DNA from: a virus
Lineage: Duplodnaviria; Heunggongvirae; Uroviricota; Caudoviricetes
DNA: 45,075 bases
Direction: 5' to 3' (one strand)
Virus record (IMG/VR): IMGVR_UViG_3300033121_001869
Span: 1-45,075 of that record
A model generated the notes under the pieces. That model was not told the origin of the DNA, made no database searches, and worked only from the letters and a program-made list of their open reading frames with translations. Both the position numbers and the translations under genes were made by a program. Position 1 is the first letter of the stretch. Every line of letters begins with the position of its first letter. This document shows positions 18,249 through 28,700 of this stretch, piece after piece.

Positions 18249-19201
18249 AATGGAAAAAGATAGGCAGGATATTTAACCCAACAGATTATCAAAATGATTT
18301 TATGAAAGAATATGCACAATGTACAAGCACATTGGTATTTGATTCTTTTGTGAGAATTTATTTTTCTTGCCGACCATTTAAAGATGAAAATGGTCAAGCA
18401 AAATCTTATACAACATTCATAGATGTAGATAGAAATGATTTATCTAAAATATTATATGTGTCACCAAACCCAGTACTTCCACTGGGTAAATTAGGCACAT
18501 TTGATGAATTTGCCGTTTATCCATCATCAGTAATTAGAAATGGTGATGAAGTTCGATTATACTATGCTGGTTGGTACAGAACGAAATCAGTCCCATTCAA
18601 TACCTCAATTGGATTAGCAATTAGCTTAGATGGTGGAACATCATTTAATAGAATTGGAGAAGGTCCCATCTTATCTACATCATTAAATGAACCATTCGTA
18701 ATAAGTGGTCCCAAAATAAGAAAATTTAATAATAAGTGGTATTTATACTACATAGCTGGAACTGAATGGATCCCAAATAATGGAAATCCCGAAATTGTAT
18801 ATAAAATAAAGTTAGCCATTTCTGAAAATGGAATCGATGATTGGAAAAAATCCAATATTAACATAATACCCGATATCTTAGAAGATACTGAATGTCAAGC
18901 AGGACCTGACATTTTCTATATGAATGGAATGTATCACATGTATTTTGTATATAGATATGCAATAGATTTTAGAAATAATAGAGAAAGAGGATATAGAATT
19001 GGATATGCAGTTTCAAACGATCTATTGAATTGGACAAGAAAGGATGAAAGTGCAGGAATAAAATATTCAGATATTGGATGGGATAGTCAAATGGCGCATT
19101 ATCCACACATATTTGAACTTGATGGTAATCATTACATGTTATATAATGGAAATGACTTTGGAAAATATGGATTTGGTTTAGCAATTCTCGAAAATGATTA
19201 A
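18245..19201 (+). CDS. Five-bladed beta-propeller glycoside hydrolase-like protein
   Basis: MKWKKIGRIF; repeated LYYAG / IGLAIS.DG / YRIGYAVS.DL..W blades; YNGNDFGKYGFG. Confidence 0.8.
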   Translation: MKWKKIGRIFNPTDYQNDFMKEYAQCTSTLVFDSFVRIYFSCRPFKDENGQAKSYTTFIDVDRNDLSKILYVSPNPVLPLGKLGTFDEFAVYPSSVIRNGDEVRLYYAGWYRTKSVPFNTSIGLAISLDGGTSFNRIGEGPILSTSLNEPFVISGPKIRKFNNKWYLYYIAGTEWIPNNGNPEIVYKIKLAISENGIDDWKKSNINIIPDILEDTECQAGPDIFYMNGMYHMYFVYRYAIDFRNNRERGYRIGYAVSNDLLNWTRKDESAGIKYSDIGWDSQMAHYPHIFELDGNHYMLYNGNDFGKYGFGLAILEND

Positions 19202-20330
19202 ATATACAATAAATATCTCCAGTGTAGATAACATCTATGAACATCTATTCAATTGTCGTAATCTTTTTATACCAAATCTAGATTCATATGTGAATATTAA
19301 GGAATATTCACAAAAACTATTTGATAAATCTTATAGATTTGAAGCATTTGATAATGACAAACTAGTTGGATTAATATGTTTATATCCAAACAATTTTATA
19401 ACAAATGTTAGTGTATTGATAGAATATCAAGGTAAAGGAGTAGTAAATCAATTAATGGAAAAATGTATTAAGTATGCAAATACTAAAATAACATTAGATG
19501 TAAATATAGACAACAATCGAGCGATAAATTTTTATAAAAAGTATGGATTTATAATAACAAATAAAAAAGAAAATAATTATACGATGGAACTTGAAATTAA
19601 AAGAAATTATAATAGTGAATTTAAAGATACAAAAGATCATAAATATGCTTACAACTTTGATTTTGATGTTATGCATCCATATATGATTAAATCATTTGAA
19701 CCATTTTTCAAAGGAGATGATGTTTTAGAATTAGGTAGTTTTAAAGGAGATTTCACTAAAAGATTAATACCTTATTTTAAAGATATAACCTGTGTAGAAG
19801 CCTCAGATGAGGCTATAAAAATAGCAAAATCAAATTTAGAGGATCATAGTATTAACTATTATAATTTCCTATTTGAAGACGCCACTCTACCAAAGAAATA
19901 TAATAATATAATATTAACACACGTACTAGAACACATTGATGATCCTGTATCACTTTTAAGAAAAATAAAAGATGAATGGTTATCAGATAATGGTAAATTA
20001 TTTATTGTTTGTCCAAATGCCAATGCGCCATCTAGGCAAATTGCAGTTAAAATGGGACTTATTTCACATAACTCTGCAATAACAGATGCTGAAAAAGAAC
20101 ATGGTCATAGAATAACTTACTCACTAGATACTTTAGAAAGAGATGTTATGAAATCAGGGTTAAAAACAATACATAGAAGTGGAATTTTCTTTAAAGCTCT
20201 TGCCAATTTTCAATGGGATAAATTAATAAATTCTGACATAATTACTCCAGAATATTTAGATGGGTGTTACAAACTTGGACAACATTATCCAGATCTTTGT
20301 TCAAGTATAATGATTATTTGCCAAAAATGA
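19194..20330 (+). CDS. GNAT acetyltransferase-class I SAM methyltransferase fusion
   Basis: YQGKGV..N.RAINFYKKYGF followed by VLELGSFKG..HVLEH. Confidence 0.85.
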   Translation: MIKYTINISSVDNIYEHLFNCRNLFIPNLDSYVNIKEYSQKLFDKSYRFEAFDNDKLVGLICLYPNNFITNVSVLIEYQGKGVVNQLMEKCIKYANTKITLDVNIDNNRAINFYKKYGFIITNKKENNYTMELEIKRNYNSEFKDTKDHKYAYNFDFDVMHPYMIKSFEPFFKGDDVLELGSFKGDFTKRLIPYFKDITCVEASDEAIKIAKSNLEDHSINYYNFLFEDATLPKKYNNIILTHVLEHIDDPVSLLRKIKDEWLSDNGKLFIVCPNANAPSRQIAVKMGLISHNSAITDAEKEHGHRITYSLDTLERDVMKSGLKTIHRSGIFFKALANFQWDKLINSDIITPEYLDGCYKLGQHYPDLCSSIMIICQK

Positions 20331-21328
20331 TGTTAAACTATTACATATCGGATAGGCAGTTTTCTAATCCAAGAGGTCCTTTCTCTATGATTAACGTTAG
20401 TCGTGAATCGTGTGGTAAAAGTGGAAATCTTAAAATTAAAGAATTTATAGAAACAAACAACAATTTTGCACTTTGTAGAATTGGACTAGGTGAATTAAGA
20501 TGGATTGATTGGTGGATAAAAGGAAGTAATGATTATTTCCCTGTCAATAAAAAGTGCGGTGGGTTATATTATAACTGTGAAGGTCATAATAATACTAATG
20601 GTGTATATACTCCAAATTTGTTAAGTAGATTACAACTAAATGGTATTTATGGTGATAGATGTGAATTATTTATAAATGAATATATTAAAGGTATCTCATC
20701 TGCAGATCTTCAAGTATTTTGGTATCAATATAATAAAAATACCAAAGCATATGATCCAATGTTATTTGAAGAACAATTAAATATATTTGAAAAATATTCA
20801 CCAAACTCAATAAAGATTGATATTGAAAGTATAGTTCCATATTTCCATACAAATTTCTGGTCATCCGCTCTAAAGGGTAAGAAAGTTTTAGTTGTATATC
20901 CATTTGAGAAAACTATTAATCAACAATTTCAACATAAAGATAAAATTTGGACAGATGAACACTTCGGAAAATTACCCGATTTCGAATTGAAAACATATAA
21001 ACCTGTTTGGGTGTTAGGTAAAAATAAACCACACAATTCTTGGTATGAATCCTTTTGTTTTATGAGAGATGAGATATCAAAGATAGATTTTGATATAGCA
21101 CTATTAGGATGTTCACATTATGGATTGCCATTAGTCGCTCATATAAAAAATGATATGAAGAAATCAGCTATCTATATGGGAGGAGAAACTCAAATTCTAT
21201 TTGGAATCAAAGGACGTAGATGGGATTCTTGGCCAGATGCTACCAAATTTTATAATGATTGTTGGACAAGATCAATTGATGAAATTCCTGATGGTGCAAA
21301 TATAATGGATGGTGGAAGTTATTGGTAA
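20327..21328 (+). CDS. Polysaccharide-locus conserved protein (possible GT-D-like fold)
   Basis: RIGLGE, ALKGKKVLVVYPF, DFDIALLGC..YGLPL, GG..QILFGIKG.RW; ATGA overlap start. Confidence 0.7.
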   Translation: MMLNYYISDRQFSNPRGPFSMINVSRESCGKSGNLKIKEFIETNNNFALCRIGLGELRWIDWWIKGSNDYFPVNKKCGGLYYNCEGHNNTNGVYTPNLLSRLQLNGIYGDRCELFINEYIKGISSADLQVFWYQYNKNTKAYDPMLFEEQLNIFEKYSPNSIKIDIESIVPYFHTNFWSSALKGKKVLVVYPFEKTINQQFQHKDKIWTDEHFGKLPDFELKTYKPVWVLGKNKPHNSWYESFCFMRDEISKIDFDIALLGCSHYGLPLVAHIKNDMKKSAIYMGGETQILFGIKGRRWDSWPDATKFYNDCWTRSIDEIPDGANIMDGGSYW

Positions 21329-21804
21329 TATTCGTAATTATTACTAACTAAATTATTTAATTCAAAATCACCTCTACGAATTGCTTCAATAACTTCGCTA
21401 TTTGAAATAAAGAAATCAATTTTCTTCATGCTAGATGCCCTACTACCACGCGCATATTTTATATCTATCGATCGAGCAATACAGCAATTTTTTCTATTTA
21501 AATAGCTATTAATTCTGTTTATCAATAATTTTAGATTACTGACAATATTTTCAAAATTTGTCTCATCATAAATTTGAAAATATATGTTAATGGAACTATA
21601 CGACTTTTCACCAGCGAAAAAAGAGCTTTCAATTATAAAATAGGTATTTGAAATATTATCTGAGCTACCACCAAAAGGCTCATAATGATATATATCCACA
21701 TCATCAGCAAATTCCTGAAACATATCCATAATATCTTCCTTTTCTTCCTTTGATAAGGTTTTAATTATTTCTTGGTTTTTGCTAAAGGATTCTAAATATC
21801 TCAT
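21319..21804 (-). CDS. Hypothetical protein, MRYLESF tag variant
   Basis: Likely start ATG 21804 just after AAATATATA. Confidence 0.65.
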   Translation of the reverse strand: MRYLESFSKNQEIIKTLSKEEKEDIMDMFQEFADDVDIYHYEPFGGSSDNISNTYFIIESSFFAGEKSYSSINIYFQIYDETNFENIVSNLKLLINRINSYLNRKNCCIARSIDIKYARGSRASSMKKIDFFISNSEVIEAIRRGDFELNNLVSNNYEYYQ

Positions 21805-21852
21805 TTTATTATATATTTGAAAACAATTCATTCTATTTTAGATAGAATTAGT

Positions 21853-22818
21853 ATGATTATAATAACAGGAGCAGCTGGTTTCATCGGTAGTTATATAGCT
21901 GGATATTTTAACAAAAAAGGATTTGATAATTTAGTCTTAGTTGATGATTTTTCAAATGAATCAAAACAAATGAATTTCATAAATAAAAAATGTCAATGTT
22001 TCATTGATAGAGAAATATTATTTGATTTTATAGATTCAAACCACAAAGAAATTGATTTTATATTTCATCTTGGAGCCAGAACTGACACATCAGAATTTAA
22101 TATTGATATATTAAATAAATTAAATACTGACTATACTAAAAAGTTATGGTCACTTTGTACAAAATATCAAATACCAATAATCTATGCTTCATCTGCCGCA
22201 ACATATGGTGATGGGTCTCTTGGATTCAATGATGATGATAAGATCACCTATCAGTTAAATCCACTAAATCCTTATGGAAATTCTAAACATCTATTCGACA
22301 AATGGGCACTAAAACATAAATATGAACCTCCTTACTGGGTGGGATTAAAATTCTTTAATGTTTTTGGACCCAATGAATATCATAAAAGTAGGATGGCATC
22401 TGTTCCATTTCATATATTTAATACTTTAAAATCTGGAAATAAAGTTAAAATATTTAAAAGTCATAAGTCAGAATATAAAGATGGGAGTCAAATGAGAGAT
22501 TTTATATATGTCAAAGACATTGCAAAAGTTTTTGAGTTCTTATTCGAAAATCGAATTAAAAATGGAATTTATAACTTAGGATCCGGAAAAGCTAGAACAT
22601 TTATTGATTTAGCTAAAGCTTGTCACAATTCATTTAATGTGGATTTTGATATAGAATTTATAGATATACCAAAAGATATAAGAGATTCATATCAGTATTA
22701 TACACAAGCAAATATGGATAAACTAATCAACCAAGGATATAAAATTCCCTTCACATCAATTGAAGATGGAATTGAAGAATATTATAAAGAATATTTGTTA
22801 GATGGAAAAAGATTTTAA
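21853..22818 (+). CDS. hldD: ADP-L-glycero-D-manno-heptose 6-epimerase
   Basis: MIIITGAAGFIGS, YASSAATYG, PLNPYGNSK, FFNVFGPNEYHK.RMAS, YQYYTQA. Confidence 0.93.
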   Translation: MIIITGAAGFIGSYIAGYFNKKGFDNLVLVDDFSNESKQMNFINKKCQCFIDREILFDFIDSNHKEIDFIFHLGARTDTSEFNIDILNKLNTDYTKKLWSLCTKYQIPIIYASSAATYGDGSLGFNDDDKITYQLNPLNPYGNSKHLFDKWALKHKYEPPYWVGLKFFNVFGPNEYHKSRMASVPFHIFNTLKSGNKVKIFKSHKSEYKDGSQMRDFIYVKDIAKVFEFLFENRIKNGIYNLGSGKARTFIDLAKACHNSFNVDFDIEFIDIPKDIRDSYQYYTQANMDKLINQGYKIPFTSIEDGIEEYYKEYLLDGKRF

Positions 22819-23188
22819 ATCTATAATGGAAGACATGCATTATCTATCAAATAGGTATATTCTTGTCTTAGGAACATTCGATATAAGAAAGAATCAGCTT
22901 AATAGATTTTTTTCTGAAAATATTGATTTTTATATAAAAGCTGGAAATGGAAATGAAGACTTAATTTTAGAAGCCATTAAAGAATATGAGTATGATGTAG
23001 ATAGGGAAGGATTTTATGAATTTAAAATGTTAATGAGTTATGATGGTGGTCAATATGATGAATATGGAAGGTGTGAATGCAGACCTTACATGGAAATTAT
23101 GTGTATTGGAATGGAGTTTATACAATCTTTCGAATCAAGAGAAAGAGATGTAAAAATAGATTCTTTATTAGACTTATTTGAATTGTGA
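22802..23188 (+). CDS. Hypothetical protein with RERDVKIDSLL tag
   Basis: 128 aa ORF; shared C-terminal motif. Confidence 0.65.
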   Translation: MEKDFKSIMEDMHYLSNRYILVLGTFDIRKNQLNRFFSENIDFYIKAGNGNEDLILEAIKEYEYDVDREGFYEFKMLMSYDGGQYDEYGRCECRPYMEIMCIGMEFIQSFESRERDVKIDSLLDLFEL

Positions 23189-23431
23189 ATTTAACCAATC
23201 ATTAACATGCTCTAAATTCTCTTTAGATACTGATACATGATCATTTGCCCAATCATGTTGTTTAGTTAACATCTCGTCAATCTTATCTTTATCCATTGAT
23301 AAAATATTCTGAGCCATTTTAACAATGTTTTCTAAGTTGGAGAAAAACATATAATTATCAACATTAGATTGCTGATCATTGGTCGAATTTTCATCGCCCT
23401 CAAAATTTTCAAATACTTTTATATGCTTCAT
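23174..23431 (-). CDS. Hypothetical protein, MKHIKVFENFE tag
   Basis: Tagged small ORF (NYMFFSNL..HDWA.DH). Confidence 0.75.
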   Translation of the reverse strand: MKHIKVFENFEGDENSTNDQQSNVDNYMFFSNLENIVKMAQNILSMDKDKIDEMLTKQHDWANDHVSVSKENLEHVNDWLNSQFK

Positions 23432-23432
23432 A

Positions 23433-23768
23433 TTATCTTCTTATTCTTTTAGATTCATCCAGTACTTGTTCTACTTCTTCTTCATCTTCCTCACCCATTA
23501 ACTTAGATTTTAGTGATTTTATCTCATCTAAGTGTTCTTTCATAGCACTAAGTATTTCTTTTTCATCTTCACTTAAATCATAAGGATCTTCTTCATCATC
23601 GAATTTAACATCATCAAATTCAATTAGAACATCAGATAGGTGCGCAATAGCATCAACCAACTCAGCAAATTTATCAACTTCAGTTTCGCTTTCTTTTTCA
23701 TCTTGTGTATGTTTTGATGATTTGAATTCTTCATCCTCAAAAATTCTAAAGCTCTTTATATTTTTCAT
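23433..23768 (-). CDS. Acidic hypothetical protein, MKNIKSFRIFE tag
   Basis: Tag; TAATATATA at 23786-23794. Confidence 0.75.
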   Translation of the reverse strand: MKNIKSFRIFEDEEFKSSKHTQDEKESETEVDKFAELVDAIAHLSDVLIEFDDVKFDDEEDPYDLSEDEKEILSAMKEHLDEIKSLKSKLMGEEDEEEVEQVLDESKRIRR

Positions 23769-23798
23769 AGTTTGATGTTTTCTTTTATATATTATTTA

Positions 23799-24158
23799 CT
23801 AATTATTACTTTTTTCGGTGAAATAAACACAAACATCCATTTGTCTTCCGCTATAACTAGAAGTTCTAATAACTCTATTAGTATCATAACCTGATGATTG
23901 TAAAAATGATTCAACTCTCTCAACAATATCTTTAATAAGATCAAAATCAAATTTATATCTGTTTACTGATCCGGGAATGATTCCTGAAGAAATCCAAACA
24001 TAGGGTTTATTCTCTATCCACCCACCGGTGTGATACCGATAATAAATATCTTTTAAATCAATTAAAATATCTTTAATCCCATTTTCGAGATACAACCTTT
24101 CAGTCTGTTCATCTTTAGACATTTTTGTCCAATAAGCAAAAGCCTCTATAAATCTCAT
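23799..24158 (-). CDS. Hypothetical protein (MRFIEAF)
   Basis: TAATATATA at 24167-24175. Confidence 0.65.
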   Translation of the reverse strand: MRFIEAFAYWTKMSKDEQTERLYLENGIKDILIDLKDIYYRYHTGGWIENKPYVWISSGIIPGSVNRYKFDFDLIKDIVERVESFLQSSGYDTNRVIRTSSYSGRQMDVCVYFTEKSNN

Positions 24159-24179
24159 AATAAGATTATATATTAAATC

Positions 24180-24911
24180 CTAATTTATTATAGAAACTCC
24201 ACGATGCTTCACAACTTCAGAAGCACATTTATTAGCAAAAACAATTGATTTCTCAATGTCTCCAGTTTTCAAATACTCAATAACCAATCCAGACATGAAA
24301 CTATCACCTGCTCCGGAAGTATCTTTAACTTCAACCTTATTGACTTTATATTGTTTATTATTAAATCGACATCCATCACCACCCATAGTATGAATAATTT
24401 TTGATCTTAGAATGTCTGTTAATTTGTCTTTTGAATTATTATATTCAAAATCATTTATTTTGATATATTTGGCATTTTCTGCCCATTTTCCTAGTATCTT
24501 TTTAGTATCAATAAATACATTTGAATGATTTTTACATATAAATTCAATATCGTCTTCATGTAAAAATCCCTTATTATAATCGGCTATAACTATTATATCA
24601 TAATCATAAGATAGATTTGATATATCTATTCTATCAATCTTATCATTCGAGTCAACTCGAAAAAACATATGATTAGATTTATCATGCACATATCTTGTTT
24701 TTGTGACATCATGCCAATTATAGTTTGTAACTATATCACAAGAAATATAATTTTCAATGTTTCTCTGTACATTTTTAGCCATACCTCCATTCTCAACCTG
24801 ATTTATTATATTTAAAACAGGAATTGGAACATCTGGTGCTAATCTTTTAGCATCACAATAAACAAATATGTCCCTACAACTCTCTCCAATAATAAGAATT
24901 TTATTCTTCAT
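24180..24911 (-). CDS. PfkB/RfaE-type sugar (heptose-7-phosphate-like) kinase
   Basis: ILIIGESCRD..RLAPDVPIPV..GGMAKNV, KTRY, DYNKG, DTSGAGDSF. Confidence 0.85.
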   Translation of the reverse strand: MKNKILIIGESCRDIFVYCDAKRLAPDVPIPVLNIINQVENGGMAKNVQRNIENYISCDIVTNYNWHDVTKTRYVHDKSNHMFFRVDSNDKIDRIDISNLSYDYDIIVIADYNKGFLHEDDIEFICKNHSNVFIDTKKILGKWAENAKYIKINDFEYNNSKDKLTDILRSKIIHTMGGDGCRFNNKQYKVNKVEVKDTSGAGDSFMSGLVIEYLKTGDIEKSIVFANKCASEVVKHRGVSIIN

Positions 24912-25974
24912 ATTCTATTTCATACTTTTCCTCATCCTCAACAATAACTTTAGGTGATAAATGCAATTCTTCAAAAGTCATCTCCTCAACATACTCACCT
25001 TTATTAAATATCGATAATACTTTATTAACAATTGATACTTTAGTTGGGTAAAAATCCTCAGTTAGTGATGTAGAGGTTGGACACGGTGTATCAGGAGCAC
25101 TTAAAGCAAATGGATTTCTTTTTAATAAATCAAAAGCATTTAAAGATACCTTTGATATTATTTCACTCCCAACACTAAATGCACTATTGGTTGTATCAAT
25201 ACATAATAGTGTTCCAGTTTTAGATAAAGATTCAAAAATTAAATCATAATCAATAGGATTAATTGATACTAAGTCAATTAAGTCTGCCGATATATCATAA
25301 TCCTTTAGAATATTTAAAGCCTTAATAGAATCAACTATACCATCACCATATGTCACGATTGTAATATCATTTCCTCTTCTAACATATCTAGATTTGGACA
25401 AATCACACTCATAGTACTCTTCTTCTACATCTCCTTTCAATCCATACAACCATCTAGGCTCCAAATAAATAACAGGATTATTATCCTTAACTGCGGCATT
25501 TAATAAACCCTTTGCCATTTTTGGTGTGGATGGTATAACAACTTTTAAACCAGGAACATTTCCAAATAATGAATACAAAGCTTGTGTGTGTTGTGGTCCA
25601 TTTCCCCATTGTCTACCAACTGCTAATCGAAAAACAATTGGTACTGGATTACCACCACCAAACATATAATTCCACTTAGCAGCTTGTGTTATGATTTGAT
25701 CAATTGCAAATAAGGCAAATTCAACTCTACTATGATGTATTATTGGTCTAAGCCCAGTTATGGCAGATCCAACTCCTGCACCTGTTAAACAAAATTCTGA
25801 GACTGGTGTGTCTAAAATTCTATTGGGATAAACTTCTTTTAGATTGCCCATGGTCCCATCAGCACCATTCTTATATGAAACACCTAATCCCATAACAATG
25901 GTATTATCATATTTTTTCATTATTTGTTCTGTCGATTCCCTAATCGCCTCTGTAAATGATATAATTCTACTCAT
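24901..25974 (-). CDS. TPP-dependent dehydrogenase E1 beta / transketolase C-terminal subunit
   Basis: DTPVSE, GLRPI, DQIITQAAK, GPQHTQ, PGLKVV.P, NPVIYLE. Confidence 0.92.
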   Translation of the reverse strand: MSRIISFTEAIRESTEQIMKKYDNTIVMGLGVSYKNGADGTMGNLKEVYPNRILDTPVSEFCLTGAGVGSAITGLRPIIHHSRVEFALFAIDQIITQAAKWNYMFGGGNPVPIVFRLAVGRQWGNGPQHTQALYSLFGNVPGLKVVIPSTPKMAKGLLNAAVKDNNPVIYLEPRWLYGLKGDVEEEYYECDLSKSRYVRRGNDITIVTYGDGIVDSIKALNILKDYDISADLIDLVSINPIDYDLIFESLSKTGTLLCIDTTNSAFSVGSEIISKVSLNAFDLLKRNPFALSAPDTPCPTSTSLTEDFYPTKVSIVNKVLSIFNKGEYVEEMTFEELHLSPKVIVEDEEKYEIEYEE

Positions 25975-26920
25975 AATATACGTCTGTAAATAATTCTTTT
26001 TTATCTGGTAGCGGTGATTCTACAGCGAAATCAATAGCATCCTTAACAATGATATTAATTTCATCCTCTATTTTTAATATTTCATCCTCGCTATAGTGTT
26101 GTAATAAATATTTTCTCAGTTTTTTAACTGAATCTTCTTTCTCTCGATTTTCTGGAGTATCAATTTCTCTATATCCAATTTTATCATCTGTTATTGGAGC
26201 ACTATGTGCCATATGTCTAAAAACTTGACATTCCAATACACAAGGTCTTCCCTCATTTTTAATGACATCAATTGCCATTTTAGTTTTCTCATAAACATCA
26301 AAATAATCATTACCATCAGCCTTAAAATAAGATGCACCCAATCCATCAACAATCTTGGAAACATTATATCCTGGACTTCTTCTATCTCCTAACTTACTCA
26401 TAACAGAATATAAATTGTTCTCTATGACTAACAATAATGGCAATTTAAATAATGAAGCAAAATTTATAGTTTCATAAACAACACCCTCTTCTGAGGCACC
26501 ATCTCCAAAAAATGATACCGTAACATTATCTGAATTTAATATTTTTTGTGATAAAGCCGACCCAGCAGAAATTGGAGCAACACTGCCTAAAATCGGGGTA
26601 GATCCTATAAAATTAACACTCTTATCAATCATATGCATTGATCCTCCTTTACCTCGACAACAACCAGTCACTTTACCTAAAAGCTCAGCAGTCATTGCCT
26701 TTGGATCTCCACCTTTGGCTAAGTAATGACCGTGTGATCTATGATTCCCTAAGACATTATCTTCATGTTTTAAATTATCACAAACACCAACAGCAACTGC
26801 TTCTTGACCAACATAAAAATGCACAAAGCTCATAACCTTATTGTCAAAGTAATATTTTATTAATGCCTCTTCCATTCTTCGGATCAGAAACATCTTTTTG
26901 TATGCGTTAAATTCTCTCAT
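25967..26920 (-). CDS. TPP-dependent dehydrogenase E1 alpha subunit
   Basis: GQEAVAVG, HRSHGH, GKGGSMH, GDGASEEG..ENN TPP-binding motif. Confidence 0.92.
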   Translation of the reverse strand: MREFNAYKKMFLIRRMEEALIKYYFDNKVMSFVHFYVGQEAVAVGVCDNLKHEDNVLGNHRSHGHYLAKGGDPKAMTAELLGKVTGCCRGKGGSMHMIDKSVNFIGSTPILGSVAPISAGSALSQKILNSDNVTVSFFGDGASEEGVVYETINFASLFKLPLLLVIENNLYSVMSKLGDRRSPGYNVSKIVDGLGASYFKADGNDYFDVYEKTKMAIDVIKNEGRPCVLECQVFRHMAHSAPITDDKIGYREIDTPENREKEDSVKKLRKYLLQHYSEDEILKIEDEINIIVKDAIDFAVESPLPDKKELFTDVYYE

Positions 26921-27951
26921 TCTATTTCTATAATTATTCTACCCGCTTCTCCACTCTTTAATAAATTAATTGCATCATTAATATTATCAAGATTAAATCT
27001 ATGAGTTATTATTTTATTCAAATCAATCAAACCAGCTTTATGTAACTTAATATATCTTGGTATATCTTGATTCGGTGATGTTTTTCCACCCTGAGTCGCT
27101 CTTATTGATTTACCCTGACCACCGAATAGAAAATTAGCATTTGGTATTTCAAGTGATGCTCCTGGTTTTGGTTGACCAACCAAGATATATCGACCAGTAT
27201 TAGATAAAAATGGCAATGTCTTAGTTATAGCAGATACATGTCCAGTTGTATCAATTATAACATCCACTTTATCAACATTCATTTTTTTCAATTCTTCTGA
27301 TATATTACTTTCTTTTATATTTATAAAAAAATGTGCACCATTATCAAAAGTTTTCTTTCCTTTTTCTTCTGATACATCAACTCCAATAATTGGATAAGCA
27401 CTGGCTAATTTGGCACCTTGTATCAGATTTAATCCAACACCACCACATCCAACTATCATTATACTTTCACCAAATTTTAATTCAGCCTCATTATTTATCG
27501 TACCAAGAGCAGTTGTCAATCCACATCCCAAAAGGGCACACAACTCATCTGGGGTATCATCTGGAACAACTGTCAATCTATTCTCAGATACGATAGAATA
27601 TTCACTTAGAGTAGTAACTTTACCACTACTCATTTTTTTACCATCTAAAATGTAACTAGGAAATTCAGCTTCAATTCCTTCTCCAACTCTCCAATGCATT
27701 ACTACCTTATCACCTATTTTAACTTTAGAAACACCAGGACCAATATCTTGAATATATCCACATCCCTCATGTCCCATTAAATGTGGTAAAAACTTCTCAT
27801 TTCCTTTTTGTCCTGCAATTTCTTGTAATTGTGCACCACACAATCCACTCACTTTTATTTTAACTAGAACCTGACCAATTTTTAAATCAGTAAGCTCGAC
27901 ATTTTTAATTTCTAATGGCTCATTTATTTTTGTCAATACTGCTGCTTTCAT
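26917..27951 (-). CDS. Zinc-binding (MDR) alcohol dehydrogenase
   Basis: GLCG, GHEG, GCG, GCGGVG Rossmann motif. Confidence 0.9.
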   Translation of the reverse strand: MKAAVLTKINEPLEIKNVELTDLKIGQVLVKIKVSGLCGAQLQEIAGQKGNEKFLPHLMGHEGCGYIQDIGPGVSKVKIGDKVVMHWRVGEGIEAEFPSYILDGKKMSSGKVTTLSEYSIVSENRLTVVPDDTPDELCALLGCGLTTALGTINNEAELKFGESIMIVGCGGVGLNLIQGAKLASAYPIIGVDVSEEKGKKTFDNGAHFFINIKESNISEELKKMNVDKVDVIIDTTGHVSAITKTLPFLSNTGRYILVGQPKPGASLEIPNANFLFGGQGKSIRATQGGKTSPNQDIPRYIKLHKAGLIDLNKIITHRFNLDNINDAINLLKSGEAGRIIIEIE

Positions 27952-28700
27952 TATGTTATAATTTTTTTTACCGTTCGGTATACTGGTTTTTCACCCTCTG
28001 TTAAGAATCTTGAATATCTATGAACATAGTTATTTTCATTTAATCCCAATGAATCTATCATAAATTGAAATGAACTTTCAATAGTGTGAACCTCTAAAGC
28101 CTTTTCAATTATCAAACAATAGTCAAATATATTTGGAGTTAAACCAACAATAGGAGTAACTACTTGAATATTTGATGGTATTTTTGATCTATCAATTCTA
28201 AATCGATTATCATCATGTAGAAAAATATATTCTTTTTCTTTTAGTCCTAGTTTATCAAAAAGATTTTTTTCTCGTTCGACATCTCTAATAACTTTAAAAT
28301 AGTCCCACCGAATATTAAATCCCAATCCAATTATTTCATAAAATCTTTTATCAAATCCAGGAGATGGTGAGTAACTATGTGAATTCGGATTTGACGCATT
28401 TGCCCATAAATTTTCAAATCCAGATTTAATAGTTTTTTTAATAAATGGTTCTTTGTATGGGGGATGTATATCCGTTAAATATTTCATAACTTCAGCATCA
28501 CTACCCTTAACAGGAATAACATTAATATTTTTATCATCCCGATACATAAACTTCACCGTCTCATAATTATGATCCTTGCTAAAAATACTAACCTCTCCTA
28601 TTTTATTTGATAGGTATCTAACCATACCATTACAAATTATAGAATCTCCTAATCCTAAATGATGATATATAAAATTCATATTATAATTATTTTTTGACAC
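27951..28700 (-). CDS. Putative glycosyltransferase-like protein
   Basis: HHLGLGD.IICNG start, HDD, IESSF; context. Confidence 0.5.
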   Translation of the reverse strand: MSKNNYNMNFIYHHLGLGDSIICNGMVRYLSNKIGEVSIFSKDHNYETVKFMYRDDKNINVIPVKGSDAEVMKYLTDIHPPYKEPFIKKTIKSGFENLWANASNPNSHSYSPSPGFDKRFYEIIGLGFNIRWDYFKVIRDVEREKNLFDKLGLKEKEYIFLHDDNRFRIDRSKIPSNIQVVTPIVGLTPNIFDYCLIIEKALEVHTIESSFQFMIDSLGLNENNYVHRYSRFLTEGEKPVYRTVKKIIT

